In this document: positions 1 through 9,649 of the stretch, in pieces | Layout: each line of letters starts with the position of its first letter | Position numbering within the stretch: position 1 is the first letter of the stretch | DNA from: an uncultured Gammaproteobacteria bacterium | GTDB taxonomy: Bacteria > Patescibacteriota > Microgenomatia > CAYXHB01 > CAZYTL01 | DNA length: 64,000 nucleotides | Assembly: GCA_964650355.1 (NCBI GenBank) | Contig: CAZYTL010000005.1 | Span: forward strand, 23,209 to 87,208 | Reading direction: 5' to 3' | The notes under the pieces: generated by a model | Seen by the model: the letters and a program-made list of their open reading frames with translations, nothing else | Database searches by the model: none | Told to the model about the DNA's origin: nothing | Translations under genes and position numbers: made by a program

Positions 1-240
1 AAAATCGGCAAACTGGTGCTCAAATCTCCCCACATAATTATTTATTCCTAAGGGGTCGTTAACTACAGACACAGCATGATCGCAAGAAGGACAGTGGATC
101 TCCCCCCAGTTACCTATTGTTCCATCCTCAAAATCTTGAACAATAACCGCCGCCCAAGTGGTTGTAGCACCTACACTCATCACTACCAAACCCATTCCCA
201 CAACTACCAGCAAGTTAATTAACGATCTTTTACTCGCCAT
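1..240 (-). CDS. 5'-partial secreted protein. The N-terminus lies at 240 and the gene runs off the window start. Signal peptide plus the start of a concanavalin-like polysaccharide-lyase-type jelly roll.
   Basis: The reverse complement from the cat at 238-240 reads MASKRSLINLLVVVGMGLVVMSVGATTTWAAVIVQDFEDGTIGNWGEIHCPSCDHAVSVVNDPLG..., open to position 1. It resembles the N-terminus of the 40010..41458 protein (FESGDLSGWRDGGHCC). Confidence 0.45.
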   Translation of the reverse strand, partial: MASKRSLINLLVVVGMGLVVMSVGATTTWAAVIVQDFEDGTIGNWGEIHCPSCDHAVSVVNDPLGINNYVGRFEHQFADF

Positions 241-274
241 TACCTTAACCTTATCAAAAAATCATGGTTAATTC

Positions 275-2425
275 TCAATTAACAATTACCTTTCCCCAAT
301 CAATCGTATTCACCTTCCCGTCTCCGGTCATATCTCCTAATCCCGTCAACCAGTTTGTCAGTAAATACTTCAGGTCCCTTACCCTATACCTTACCTGATC
401 ACTAATCACCATCTCCCCAAACACTGTCGAGTCTCCCGCCGGCTTGCTACTTCCTACCGGAAACCATAATAAGTAATCGTCTCTTCCTCCTCCGTCATCA
501 TCATCATTAATCCCTAAGTCAAACCCGATCATCTGATTCACCGGTGCATTACTCTGCCCTAAATTCCCCCACGGTATCGCTGCCTCTACCACATATCCAT
601 TACTCCCACTTACTACCGCATGCTCTACACCCGTAGTTCCGCTAATTATCCCCTGCTCAGCAATCCGATTAGTCAAATCAATCGTATATTGATGGTCATT
701 CCCGTCATACCCTGCCTGTCCGTCCCTGTCCCCGTCCACAAATATCTCTACACTATCATCGTCCCAGATGTTGGCTGCCTCATTACTTAATACATCATCT
801 GTTACCCTAACTCCCACATACAAATATTGCTCATCCCATGCGGCCTGCCAGCTCCCGCTCACATCACTTGCCGGCTCATTCACCTGCGCATACCCAAACT
901 CTCCTTCGTTTACTGGTATCCCTTCCCAGTCACTTAAATCCCCGTCTATCACCATCGGCGCCACCACCCGATTACTCTCAGCTCTCGGCCACGGTGCCAT
1001 TGTCGGTGTCGGACTGGTTGTCGCATCTGAAGGGTATTCATAAGCACCCATGTCAAACCCTCCTCCTTGTGGCCTGCTCACCCCAGCATAATCAAACGTG
1101 ATCCCCTGGCTAGTTAGGTCTACCCCACCATCTATCGCAGGAGAGTCACCTTGCAGTGAATAATCATCTGCCCCCGCATTGATAAACTTCACATCAGAAA
1201 CATTTGTCTGCGTCAAATTATCTGACACTACCACATTGTTCCCGCTCCCGATCGTCACATACCTTTGTTCCCCGTCTACGATAATGTTATTCTGTACTCT
1301 ATTATTATTGCCTTTATCGTTATTAAAAGCTATACCATTACGACTGGGGTTTATGATTGTATTATTCCAGACATAAATACTCTTCCCTACCACACCCGCC
1401 GGCGCCACTTTTATCCCGTTGTAATCTGAATTTAAACCCGGTCTGACTATCACGTTATTATAAATCCTGTTACCTCCATTACCTTGGACGTATATTCCTG
1501 TACCCCATCCGTCTTTGATTAAATTATTGTAAATATTACATACGCTCCCTAGATTATTCATTACCCCGCCTGAAAACCCCGGATCATGTGCCTGACTATC
1601 TTTGTAAATCAAATTATGGTGAATTCCGCAATCCGCTATTGCCGACCCTACTTGAATCCCCTTCATGCCAATGTTTTCCACTCGATTGTTATAAATATTC
1701 ACCCCCCTCAACACCGAATCATAAACATACTCTGTTCCGCTATTACAACTCAAACTCCTCCCCTGGTAGAACGAGCTGCCAATATAAAAAGCCGAATGTC
1801 CTGTACCATGCACATAATTATCATGCAAGACTGAATTATACTGTGTAAATTTGCTCCGGTTCACCACATCATCCAAATCACCTACTTTTATCCCGTCCCC
1901 GTCGTAATCATACGCATGCCAGTCACTGGTCGATCCGTCAGAACAGACCGCCACCGTCTTCGCTGATATCCCAATTATTGGCACTCCTGATACCTCAATG
2001 TGATCCACCTCAAAATCACTCGTCTTGTTGGGCATCGTTATCCCGTTTGCCGTCGAGTGAATAATCTTTATCCCGTACTTGACTTGAGTGTCACCTGTCC
2101 CGGTAATCTTGATATACTTGCTGTTTTGCACCAAAATCCCCTCTGACGTCGTTGAGTTAATCACCACTTGCCCACCGAAATTAATAAACGTAATTGGCGT
2201 ACTCGTGTCTCTCAAAAAATTTCTTAACTTCAAACTATCTCTATTTCCAGATAAAATGCACACTGTATCACCAGGCTGCACAGCAGCATAATTTTCCCTC
2301 CCGTCCGCAATCGATACGTTCACAGGAATCGTATAATCACAACTCACAGCTCCGTAAACCGTTCCTGGAACCATCAACCACCCTCCTATCACCATCATGA
2401 ACAACCAAACCAATCTTCTCCTCAT
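275..2425 (-). CDS. Secreted beta-helix family protein. Signal peptide, conserved N-domain (AVSCDYTIPVNVS..GDTVCI..GNR), parallel beta-helix repeats, PT linker, CBM9-like module, C-terminal dockerin-like tail.
   Basis: 716 aa ORF with a hydrophobic N-terminus. It has repeated NN.I/YNN beta-helix rungs and a TSPTPT linker. The CBM9-like block is DGDLSDWEGIPVNEGEFGY...DDDSVEIFVDGDRDG. The tail is LLTNWLTGLGDMTGDGKVNTIDWGKVIVN. Confidence 0.8.
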   Translation of the reverse strand: MRRRLVWLFMMVIGGWLMVPGTVYGAVSCDYTIPVNVSIADGRENYAAVQPGDTVCILSGNRDSLKLRNFLRDTSTPITFINFGGQVVINSTTSEGILVQNSKYIKITGTGDTQVKYGIKIIHSTANGITMPNKTSDFEVDHIEVSGVPIIGISAKTVAVCSDGSTSDWHAYDYDGDGIKVGDLDDVVNRSKFTQYNSVLHDNYVHGTGHSAFYIGSSFYQGRSLSCNSGTEYVYDSVLRGVNIYNNRVENIGMKGIQVGSAIADCGIHHNLIYKDSQAHDPGFSGGVMNNLGSVCNIYNNLIKDGWGTGIYVQGNGGNRIYNNVIVRPGLNSDYNGIKVAPAGVVGKSIYVWNNTIINPSRNGIAFNNDKGNNNRVQNNIIVDGEQRYVTIGSGNNVVVSDNLTQTNVSDVKFINAGADDYSLQGDSPAIDGGVDLTSQGITFDYAGVSRPQGGGFDMGAYEYPSDATTSPTPTMAPWPRAESNRVVAPMVIDGDLSDWEGIPVNEGEFGYAQVNEPASDVSGSWQAAWDEQYLYVGVRVTDDVLSNEAANIWDDDSVEIFVDGDRDGQAGYDGNDHQYTIDLTNRIAEQGIISGTTGVEHAVVSGSNGYVVEAAIPWGNLGQSNAPVNQMIGFDLGINDDDDGGGRDDYLLWFPVGSSKPAGDSTVFGEMVISDQVRYRVRDLKYLLTNWLTGLGDMTGDGKVNTIDWGKVIVN

Positions 2426-2475
2426 AAATTCACTCTACCACGAATCACACATCACGAAGCACGTAACGATAGGCA
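2426..2475 (-). promoter_or_regulatory. Family promoter. -10-like TGGTAGAGT 6 nt upstream of ATG, with degenerate ACGTAAC sites further upstream.
   Basis: The plus strand reads cat|aaattcactctaccacgaatcacacatcacgaagcacgtaac. On the coding strand this is GTTACGTGCTTCGTGATGTGTGATTCGTGGTAGAGTGAATTT ATG. Confidence 0.5.
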
Positions 2476-2637
2476 AGAAACATGTAGCAAAAAACAAAAA
2501 ACTGAGAAACTAAGAGACAACGTAGTTACCTAATTACAACAAATTACTACTTTCTACTACCTACTTCCAAAATTCTTACTCCTGAATTCGAAATTCTATC
2601 TTCTATATTCTCATTTCTGATTCCTGTTTACCAATTA

Positions 2638-2717
2638 CCTGCCCGCAATGCTACGCCAGCCCGCAGTAGATACAGCGTTTCTGGCGGGTATAACGTTGCA
2701 GGCGGGCTGATTACCGA
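2638..2717. repeat. GC-rich palindromic element (cctgcccgcaatgctacgc...ttgcaggcgggctg) just 3' of a family gene. Probably a terminator or REP-like element.
   Basis: Imperfect inverted repeat gcccgc/gcgggc arms. A second copy lies at 32795-32850. Confidence 0.5.
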
Positions 2718-4679
2718 CTACTGACCACCGACCACCTTTCCCCAATCAATCGTATTCACCTTCCCATCCCCGTTCTGATCCAACAACCCATCAAACCAAC
2801 CCCCTAACACCTGCCTCAACTTTTTCCCTAATCCCATCTTTATTCCATAGATATCTACCTCCGTCAAACTATTCCACTCATTGGTATTATTTATATGCCC
2901 CAAATACCTCACGTATCTCCCTTGTATATCCGAAAAATCATATACCTCCTGCTCGAGAGTCATTCCGCTGCTTTCCCCACTCCACACCGTCTCCCAATTT
3001 ACCCTGTCACTCGAAACCTGTAAGTCAAACTTATTCATTCTACTGTCTCCTTGATATACCCCGATCCTCACCAGTCCCACCGTCCTCACTACACCTAAAT
3101 CATATTCAATCCATTGTCCGTCTCCGCTCGCTGACCAACGGGTACTCAAATCATTATCCACCGTATTTCCTGATAGGTTAGTCCCATCGTCTCCACTTGT
3201 CCTCACTCTACTAACGTCAGGCGTTATCTCCTCATACCTGGGATCAATCGTTGGTGTGGGCCGCGGAGTTACACTTGGTGCGCTGTTCATATATTCATCT
3301 GCTCCCACATCAGATCTGGCTATTCCGTCTCCGTTACCATCTTGAGGTCGTGGCTGATCATCTATATCTCTGACCGCATACCCACTACTACTGCCCTGAT
3401 CTATCGCCGGAGAGTTTACCGTTAAATGAAAATCCAGTTGTGACGGATCTTTAAACTTGACCGCATCTCTTTGGCCGTAAACTAAATTATTATAAGCATT
3501 CACATAATTACTTACCACTCCTGTCTCTAAAGTCTCGGCTATCAAATTATCATAAACCGCCCCCTGTTTTGGAGTTGAACTGACTCTGATTCCGCTCCGA
3601 GAACTTTTAACAATCGTATTATTATAAATCATTCCTCCATCTCCCAAGTCCCAGTTAATCCCCTGCGCACTTGTAGCCATCCCCGAATTGTAAAAAATAT
3701 TATTGTAAATCACATATCCTCCGATTCCTTGAATATACATCCCCGAACCTCGAGAATTATAGATTTGGTTATTATAATAATTACCAGTAGTCCCCCTATT
3801 TATGATCATTCCAAATCTCCCGTTCCCAGCTGATGGATCTGAAGACAACCCTGCATCCCTAACTATATTATGATGAATATCAACTTCACTTACCGCACTC
3901 CCCACCTGAATCCCGTCCCACCCCGTCCGATCCACCACATTATTATAAACCTTCACCCCTCTCAATACCGGATCATCAACATATTCTGTTCCGCTATTAC
4001 AACTCAAACTCCTCCCTTGGTAGAAAGAACTGCCGATATAAAACCCCTCTGTTCCCACATCATGAACATAATTATCATGAAAAATCGAATTAATCTGCGT
4101 AAAATTACTCCGATTCACCACATCATCTAAATCACCCACCTTTATCCCGTCTCCGTCGTAATCATACGCATGCCAATCGGAAGTCGATCCATCAGAACAA
4201 ACCGCCTCTGTCTTCGCTGATACGCCAATTATCGGCACCCCTGATACCTCAATGTGATCCACCTCAAAGTCACTTGTCTTGTTGGGCATCGTCATCCCGT
4301 TCGCCGTCGAGTGAATTATCTTTATCCCGTATTTGACTTGAGTATCTCCGGTCCCTGTAATCTTGATAAACTTACTGTTTTGCACCAAAATCCCTTCTGA
4401 CGTCGTCGAGTTGATCACCACTTGCCCTCCGAAATTAATAAACGTAATTGGCGTACTCGTGTCCCTCAAAAAATTTCTTAACTTCAAACTATCTCTATTC
4501 CCGGCTAAAATGCAAACTGTATCTCCTGGTTGCACACCAGCATAATTACCCCTCCCGTCTGCAATCGATACGTTCACGGGAATCGTATAATCACAGCTCA
4601 CCGCTCCGTAAACTGTCTCTGGATTCATCAACCCCCCTGCTATCACCATTATGAATAACCCGACCAGATTTCTCCTCAT
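2718..4679 (-). CDS. Secreted beta-helix family protein with C-terminal F5/8 type C (discoidin) domain and dockerin-like tail.
   Basis: 653 aa. The first 230 or so residues are nearly identical to the 275..2425 protein, including at nucleotide level. The discoidin block is SGNTVDNDLSTRWSASGDGQWIEYDLG. The tail is LGGWFDGLLDQNGDGKVNTIDWGKVVGGQ. Confidence 0.8.
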   Translation of the reverse strand: MRRNLVGLFIMVIAGGLMNPETVYGAVSCDYTIPVNVSIADGRGNYAGVQPGDTVCILAGNRDSLKLRNFLRDTSTPITFINFGGQVVINSTTSEGILVQNSKFIKITGTGDTQVKYGIKIIHSTANGMTMPNKTSDFEVDHIEVSGVPIIGVSAKTEAVCSDGSTSDWHAYDYDGDGIKVGDLDDVVNRSNFTQINSIFHDNYVHDVGTEGFYIGSSFYQGRSLSCNSGTEYVDDPVLRGVKVYNNVVDRTGWDGIQVGSAVSEVDIHHNIVRDAGLSSDPSAGNGRFGMIINRGTTGNYYNNQIYNSRGSGMYIQGIGGYVIYNNIFYNSGMATSAQGINWDLGDGGMIYNNTIVKSSRSGIRVSSTPKQGAVYDNLIAETLETGVVSNYVNAYNNLVYGQRDAVKFKDPSQLDFHLTVNSPAIDQGSSSGYAVRDIDDQPRPQDGNGDGIARSDVGADEYMNSAPSVTPRPTPTIDPRYEEITPDVSRVRTSGDDGTNLSGNTVDNDLSTRWSASGDGQWIEYDLGVVRTVGLVRIGVYQGDSRMNKFDLQVSSDRVNWETVWSGESSGMTLEQEVYDFSDIQGRYVRYLGHINNTNEWNSLTEVDIYGIKMGLGKKLRQVLGGWFDGLLDQNGDGKVNTIDWGKVVGGQ

Positions 4680-4754
4680 ACATTCACTCTACCATAGCCC
4701 AAAGATCGCGTAGCCCGCATCGCATCACGCGTAAATCTACCATCTCTTTTTTCT

Positions 4755-6650
4755 TTACAACAGACCACTTATCACCTTCCCCCAATCCCAACTATTTACC
4801 ACCCCATCTTCGCTCCCGTCTCCTGCACTACCTAACCAATTACTCAACAAAAACCTCCACCCCGGTTCCTGGTATACCAATCTAATCGCATCTGCCACCA
4901 CATCTTCTCCTCCGCTTACCATATCACTAACCGTCACCGACCCTTGATTAATAAAATAATATTTTCCCAACAGATTCCATTGCTCGTTACTTACCTGCTG
5001 GTTCACTCTTACTTCTTCTGCTCCTCCGGTAAAATTTATCGTATACGGTACATCAGTTGGCCGTATCATCGATGGCCACCAACTCGCATATACCTCATAC
5101 TCTCCCGGCCGGTTAACCGTAAACGACCACGTAGCTGTATCTCCGCCTCTAATCAAATGGTTAAACATATGCGAACTACCGTAGTGCAACCCCTGGGGAT
5201 CAACGTATTCCTGCCACATATCCTGCACAAACGCAGTGCTAAACCCCTCATCGACATTATCAATAATCATCTCATTTGGATTTACAGTTGGTGTTGCCAT
5301 CGGACTCATACTTACATACTCATACGCTCCCATATCTGGTTTGGAATCCCGTGAATTACCTTCAAAGTCAAGGCTGACTCCTACCGCTGTTCCCTCATCT
5401 CTTACCAAACTATCAGACACTAACCGAAAATCATTCACTGCCCTGTCCACAAACCCCGGGTCCACATGCAAAGTATTTGGCCCATCCAAAGCATGGCTGG
5501 TCCCTGGTCCTCCGTACCAATCATTATAATCCATCACATTACTGCCCGATAAACTCCGATTATTAATCTGCTCATCAGTATTAAAGGCTGAAATATTGTC
5601 AATGATCCGGTTATTTTTCAGATTCTTAAAATCTGCAAATAATATTCCTGTCCTATTACCCACCACCGTGTTGTGGTAAATTTCATTTCCGTACCCCACC
5701 ACCGTGTCTGCCGGCCAACCATCCAGTTTGCCCGCGTCCAACCTGATTCCGGAATACGGATTCCCGTAAATCAAATTATTGGTTACTTTAGTCAACCTCC
5801 TCACATAAATCGCCGCCTGTGTATAATTACGACCGCATTCATAAATTCTATTACCGTCAATCACATTGGCGTCCGGCGACCCGATTCCAAAATGTCCACA
5901 ATCAGAAATCGTATTTCCCTGTATCAGGGTACCCACGGCATTCAGCTTAGTATCCACCCCTTCCCATACATTATAAATCGTATTACCAATCACTTTATTA
6001 TTCCGACAATGATGTGTATAACTAGCCCCGCCTTTGGACACATAAATCCCTTCACCTAATGAAATATCATAAACTTCATTATTTTCTAACAAATTATCAT
6101 CGCACGACGGATAATCAGGATTGTCATAGTGAATACCAATCTTAATTCCAATTGTCGTCCCGGAATAATACGTCGGATCTATATAAATATGATGAATCTT
6201 CATCCCCCGCACAATATTGTGGTCCGCCCATATATTCATCGCTTCTGCAATGAAATTCTTCAGCTCTAATCCTTCAATAATCCAGTAGTCATGCTTGATT
6301 CCCAAAAACTTTTGCACCACATAATTGCCGTCAATCACCACCCCGCTCGACTCTGGTTTAACCGTGATCGGTGCCTGAGCCGTTCCACTAGCCGCAGTTT
6401 CAGCGTACATATACAAAGGACTACTCCCCCCTCCGCCCACATTATAAGTACCACCTCGAATCAACAACCGGTCCCCGGCTCTTAGTTTGTTAATCCCGTA
6501 GCTGATCGATTTCCATGGGCTCTGACTGCTTCCGCTGTTGCCGTCATTTCCTGTGGTCGCCACATAATAATCCGCTGCCAGCGCTGTTTTGGACATTACC
6601 AGATTCATCCCCACGCCTATCAATAACCAAACCGCGATTCTTCTTAACAT
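4755..6650 (-). CDS. Secreted right-handed beta-helix protein (DYYVATTGNDGNSG...PW type N-terminus), with a beta-sandwich carbohydrate-binding-like module and dockerin-like tail.
   Basis: 631 aa with a signal peptide. The N-terminus AADYYVATTGNDGNSGSSQSPWKSI is typical of pectin-lyase-fold proteins. The C-terminal module is DTATWSF..PGEYEVYASWW..VPYTINF..VVADAIRLV. The tail is WRFLLSNWLGSAGDGSEDGVVNSWDWGKVISGLL. Confidence 0.75.
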   Translation of the reverse strand: MLRRIAVWLLIGVGMNLVMSKTALAADYYVATTGNDGNSGSSQSPWKSISYGINKLRAGDRLLIRGGTYNVGGGGSSPLYMYAETAASGTAQAPITVKPESSGVVIDGNYVVQKFLGIKHDYWIIEGLELKNFIAEAMNIWADHNIVRGMKIHHIYIDPTYYSGTTIGIKIGIHYDNPDYPSCDDNLLENNEVYDISLGEGIYVSKGGASYTHHCRNNKVIGNTIYNVWEGVDTKLNAVGTLIQGNTISDCGHFGIGSPDANVIDGNRIYECGRNYTQAAIYVRRLTKVTNNLIYGNPYSGIRLDAGKLDGWPADTVVGYGNEIYHNTVVGNRTGILFADFKNLKNNRIIDNISAFNTDEQINNRSLSGSNVMDYNDWYGGPGTSHALDGPNTLHVDPGFVDRAVNDFRLVSDSLVRDEGTAVGVSLDFEGNSRDSKPDMGAYEYVSMSPMATPTVNPNEMIIDNVDEGFSTAFVQDMWQEYVDPQGLHYGSSHMFNHLIRGGDTATWSFTVNRPGEYEVYASWWPSMIRPTDVPYTINFTGGAEEVRVNQQVSNEQWNLLGKYYFINQGSVTVSDMVSGGEDVVADAIRLVYQEPGWRFLLSNWLGSAGDGSEDGVVNSWDWGKVISGLL

Positions 6651-6740
6651 ATCTTCACTCTACCACAGCTCAGAGGTCACGTAACCCGCATCACACAACC
6701 AACAAATCAATGTCTCGTGACTTGACGTTCCGCCATACGC

Positions 6741-7277
6741 TTAATACGCCTTTCTCCCTATTACAGCCACCTTGCTCCCATCCACAATAACGGGAATCAC
6801 CACCTGATTACCAATCTGGTAATCTCTTTCTTGCTCTTTATCATTAACAAGTACTCTTAAATCATAAAGTGGATCTCTAGTATCTTCCGTCGAGTCAGCC
6901 AAAAACACGCTGGGTTGAGTACACATACCCCGACCAGGTGGACAAGCTTTTTCCCCAAGCAGAGTACTAATCACATACCCGGAAACCTTAACCATAGAGC
7001 CGTTCAAAGCACTCCGGTGTTCAACCACATATTTGACCGGTATCGGCTCTTGCGGAAGTGAACCAACAGATAAATCAGGATATGGCGCTAAACCGGCCTC
7101 ATTAGGATCCTCGGGTTGGATCGTTGCACTGGAAAGCTGCCCACTTCCCTGGCTCACAGGAGTGTTAACACCACTGTCCGGTCCACCGCCCAACCCCTTT
7201 TGGTAGTAAACCAAAAATATCACCACTCCCACCAGCACTCCAATCACCATCAGTAATCTGGTTGTCGTTTTTTGCAT
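6741..7277 (-). CDS. Hypothetical protein anchored by an N-terminal TM helix.
   Basis: 178 aa. The TM segment is LLMVIGVLVGVVIFLVYY. No family motifs. It lacks the family promoter box. Confidence 0.45.
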   Translation of the reverse strand: MQKTTTRLLMVIGVLVGVVIFLVYYQKGLGGGPDSGVNTPVSQGSGQLSSATIQPEDPNEAGLAPYPDLSVGSLPQEPIPVKYVVEHRSALNGSMVKVSGYVISTLLGEKACPPGRGMCTQPSVFLADSTEDTRDPLYDLRVLVNDKEQERDYQIGNQVVIPVIVDGSKVAVIGRKAY

Positions 7278-7333
7278 ATATAATACCAGCTTAACATAAA
7301 CTCAAATTCAGATTCAGCCCTAATTTTCTAATC

Positions 7334-9562
7334 TTAATTATCAAAACGCCCCCCCTCCACCCAACTCACCCCATTCTGCAAACTCCCATCATTGTGATTA
7401 CCCGTCGCGTCGTGAACCACCGTTCCGCTGCCTTCATTAAACTTCCAGTAACCCACCAACCCGGCTGCACCCAGATCAACCTCTCGACTCATATCTGACT
7501 GAATCTGTTGCTGAGTCCTGGCATAATTCCACAACCTCAATTCGTCTTCCTCTCCCTGCAAACTGTAACTACTTACCGCTGAAGAAATATACATATCTTC
7601 TGTCGTGCCAATGGATCTCCCATTCAAAACACTTATATCAAAGTTCCCCACCAAATTTCCATCTAAATAAAAGCTCGCCTGCTGACTCCTGTCAGCCACC
7701 ACTGCCACCTGATGCCACTGATCATCCTTGATCCCCAACGACTTATCTGAATTCGCATATACAACCTGGCTTCCATCCCCCAAATATAATCTCAAATCAT
7801 CATCCTGGTTTGAATACCAAAACCAATACCCCGGCTGAGAAGCACTGCTCGCGCCCTTATAATCAATATTGAAATTTGAATTCTGCGTACTTGCCACCTT
7901 CACCCAAGCTTCAATCGAAAAATCCCCGCTCCCTACATCCAACTCCGGGACGTTAGCAAACCTCACTCGGTCGTCTATCCCGTCAAAATGCACCGCATAT
8001 TTAACCGGCGGCCTAATGATTAACTTCGCCCAATCCAGACTATTGATCACTCCGTCGGCTACTCCTTCAAAAATCTGGTTATTAGTCAACCAGCTAACTA
8101 ATAAACTCTTTGCCTGAGAGGCCCAAGGTATCGGCGTTACCGTCGGTGTCGGCACTATCCCTGACGCATATTCATACGCCCCGATATCATAAACTCCTTC
8201 TTGCGGACGGCTAATTCCCAAATAATCACTAGTGACAAAATCCACTGTTGTACCCGCATTAACCGCTGGCGATCCCGATTGCACGGAGTAATCACCACTG
8301 CCCGGATCAGTAAATTTTACCTCCCCCACCGTGGGGCTCGATAAGTTATTCGTCACCAAAACCCCGGCCGTAGTCTTAATATACGTCTCGCCGTTTTGGG
8401 GATTTACCACCAAATTATTTTGCACTAAATTATCGCTTCCGAAATCCTGATTGAACAAAATTCCCCATCCTCTTGGTTTCACAATCGTATTATTGGCAAC
8501 AAAAACACTATTACCATGATTTATTTTTGTACCAACATATATACCGCTCCCGTTAGCACTAGTATAAGAACTGTACCTACCCGGATTTATAATCACATTA
8601 TTAAACACATGATTCAACCCATGTCCCTGCACATAAATTCCGGCTCCAATAATGTCCGTAATAAAATTATTATAGACATCACACACACTTCCCGGATTAA
8701 TCATATAACCTCCCTCATGTGCTGTCTGCTGTTCAGTTCCTGTATTTGTTATCCGATTATGATGCGCGTCGCAATTTTCCACTGCTGATCCGATTTGAAT
8801 TCCCTTAGTGCCGATATCTTCCACCTGGTTACCGTAAACATGCACGCCCTTCAAAACCGGATCATAAATCGTGGCTGTTCCTCCGCAATTTAATTCATAA
8901 GCTCCCTCTACATAATGCGAACTTCCTAAATACATCCCCATCGAAATATTGTAAATATATATGTCATGAAAAGTAATGTTGTGTGTAGTTATTTCGGTTT
9001 ACCGCATCCTGAGCATCAATTTCTCCATCGTTATTATAGTCATACCCTCTCCAGCTGGTGGGGGACCCGTCTGGGCAGGTCGAATCCGCCTTACTTGACA
9101 CTCCGATTCCGGTTCCTCCTATTCCGGTGATTTCCAAATGATCGACTTCAAAATTGTCAGACTTATGCAATAAATTAATTCCCGTATTCGTAGATCCTGA
9201 AATCTTTATTCCGTAATTCACCCCTGCCGCCCCCGTTCCCGTAATTCTAATATGACTGCTATTGCTCACTTCTATCCCCGAAGACTGGCTGGTATTAATT
9301 ACTACTTGCCCCCTGAATTAATAAAAGTAATCGGTGTCGTGGACGATCTTTTAAAATTTATCAAATTCAACGCTCCTCGGTTTCCGGCTTCAATACACAC
9401 CGTATCTCCGGGTTTCACACTCGCATAATTACCTCTACCGTCAACCCTTGTTACCCCTGTGGAAATAGTAAAATCGCAACTCAGTGCTTCATAAACTACT
9501 TCCGGACTCATCATCCACCCGATCACGATTAATCCAACCATCCAAATCAATCTTCTCCTCAT
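7334..9562 (-). pseudogene. Disrupted member of the beta-helix family, with an internal dockerin-like module and a C-terminal LamG (concanavalin-like) domain. It is split into three ORFs by two frameshifts.
   Basis: ORF 9302..9562 carries the signal peptide and N-domain and stops at ...PITFINSGGK*. The intact paralog continues SGGQVM, so a 1-nt shift is likely. ORF 8964..9269 continues (IRITGTG...NRNNYTQHYFS*). ORF 7334..8941 resumes the helix in another frame (HDIYIYNISMGMYLGSS against paralog HDNYIHDVGAEALYIGGS), then carries SLLVSWLTNNQIFEGVADGVINSLDWAKLI plus LamG. Confidence 0.7.
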
Positions 9563-9649
9563 ATCATGACTCTACCACGATCCAAGTATCACGGAGCACA
9601 TAACACGTAGCATTCCGTTTACCCCTCATTACCATTTACAATTTACCGA

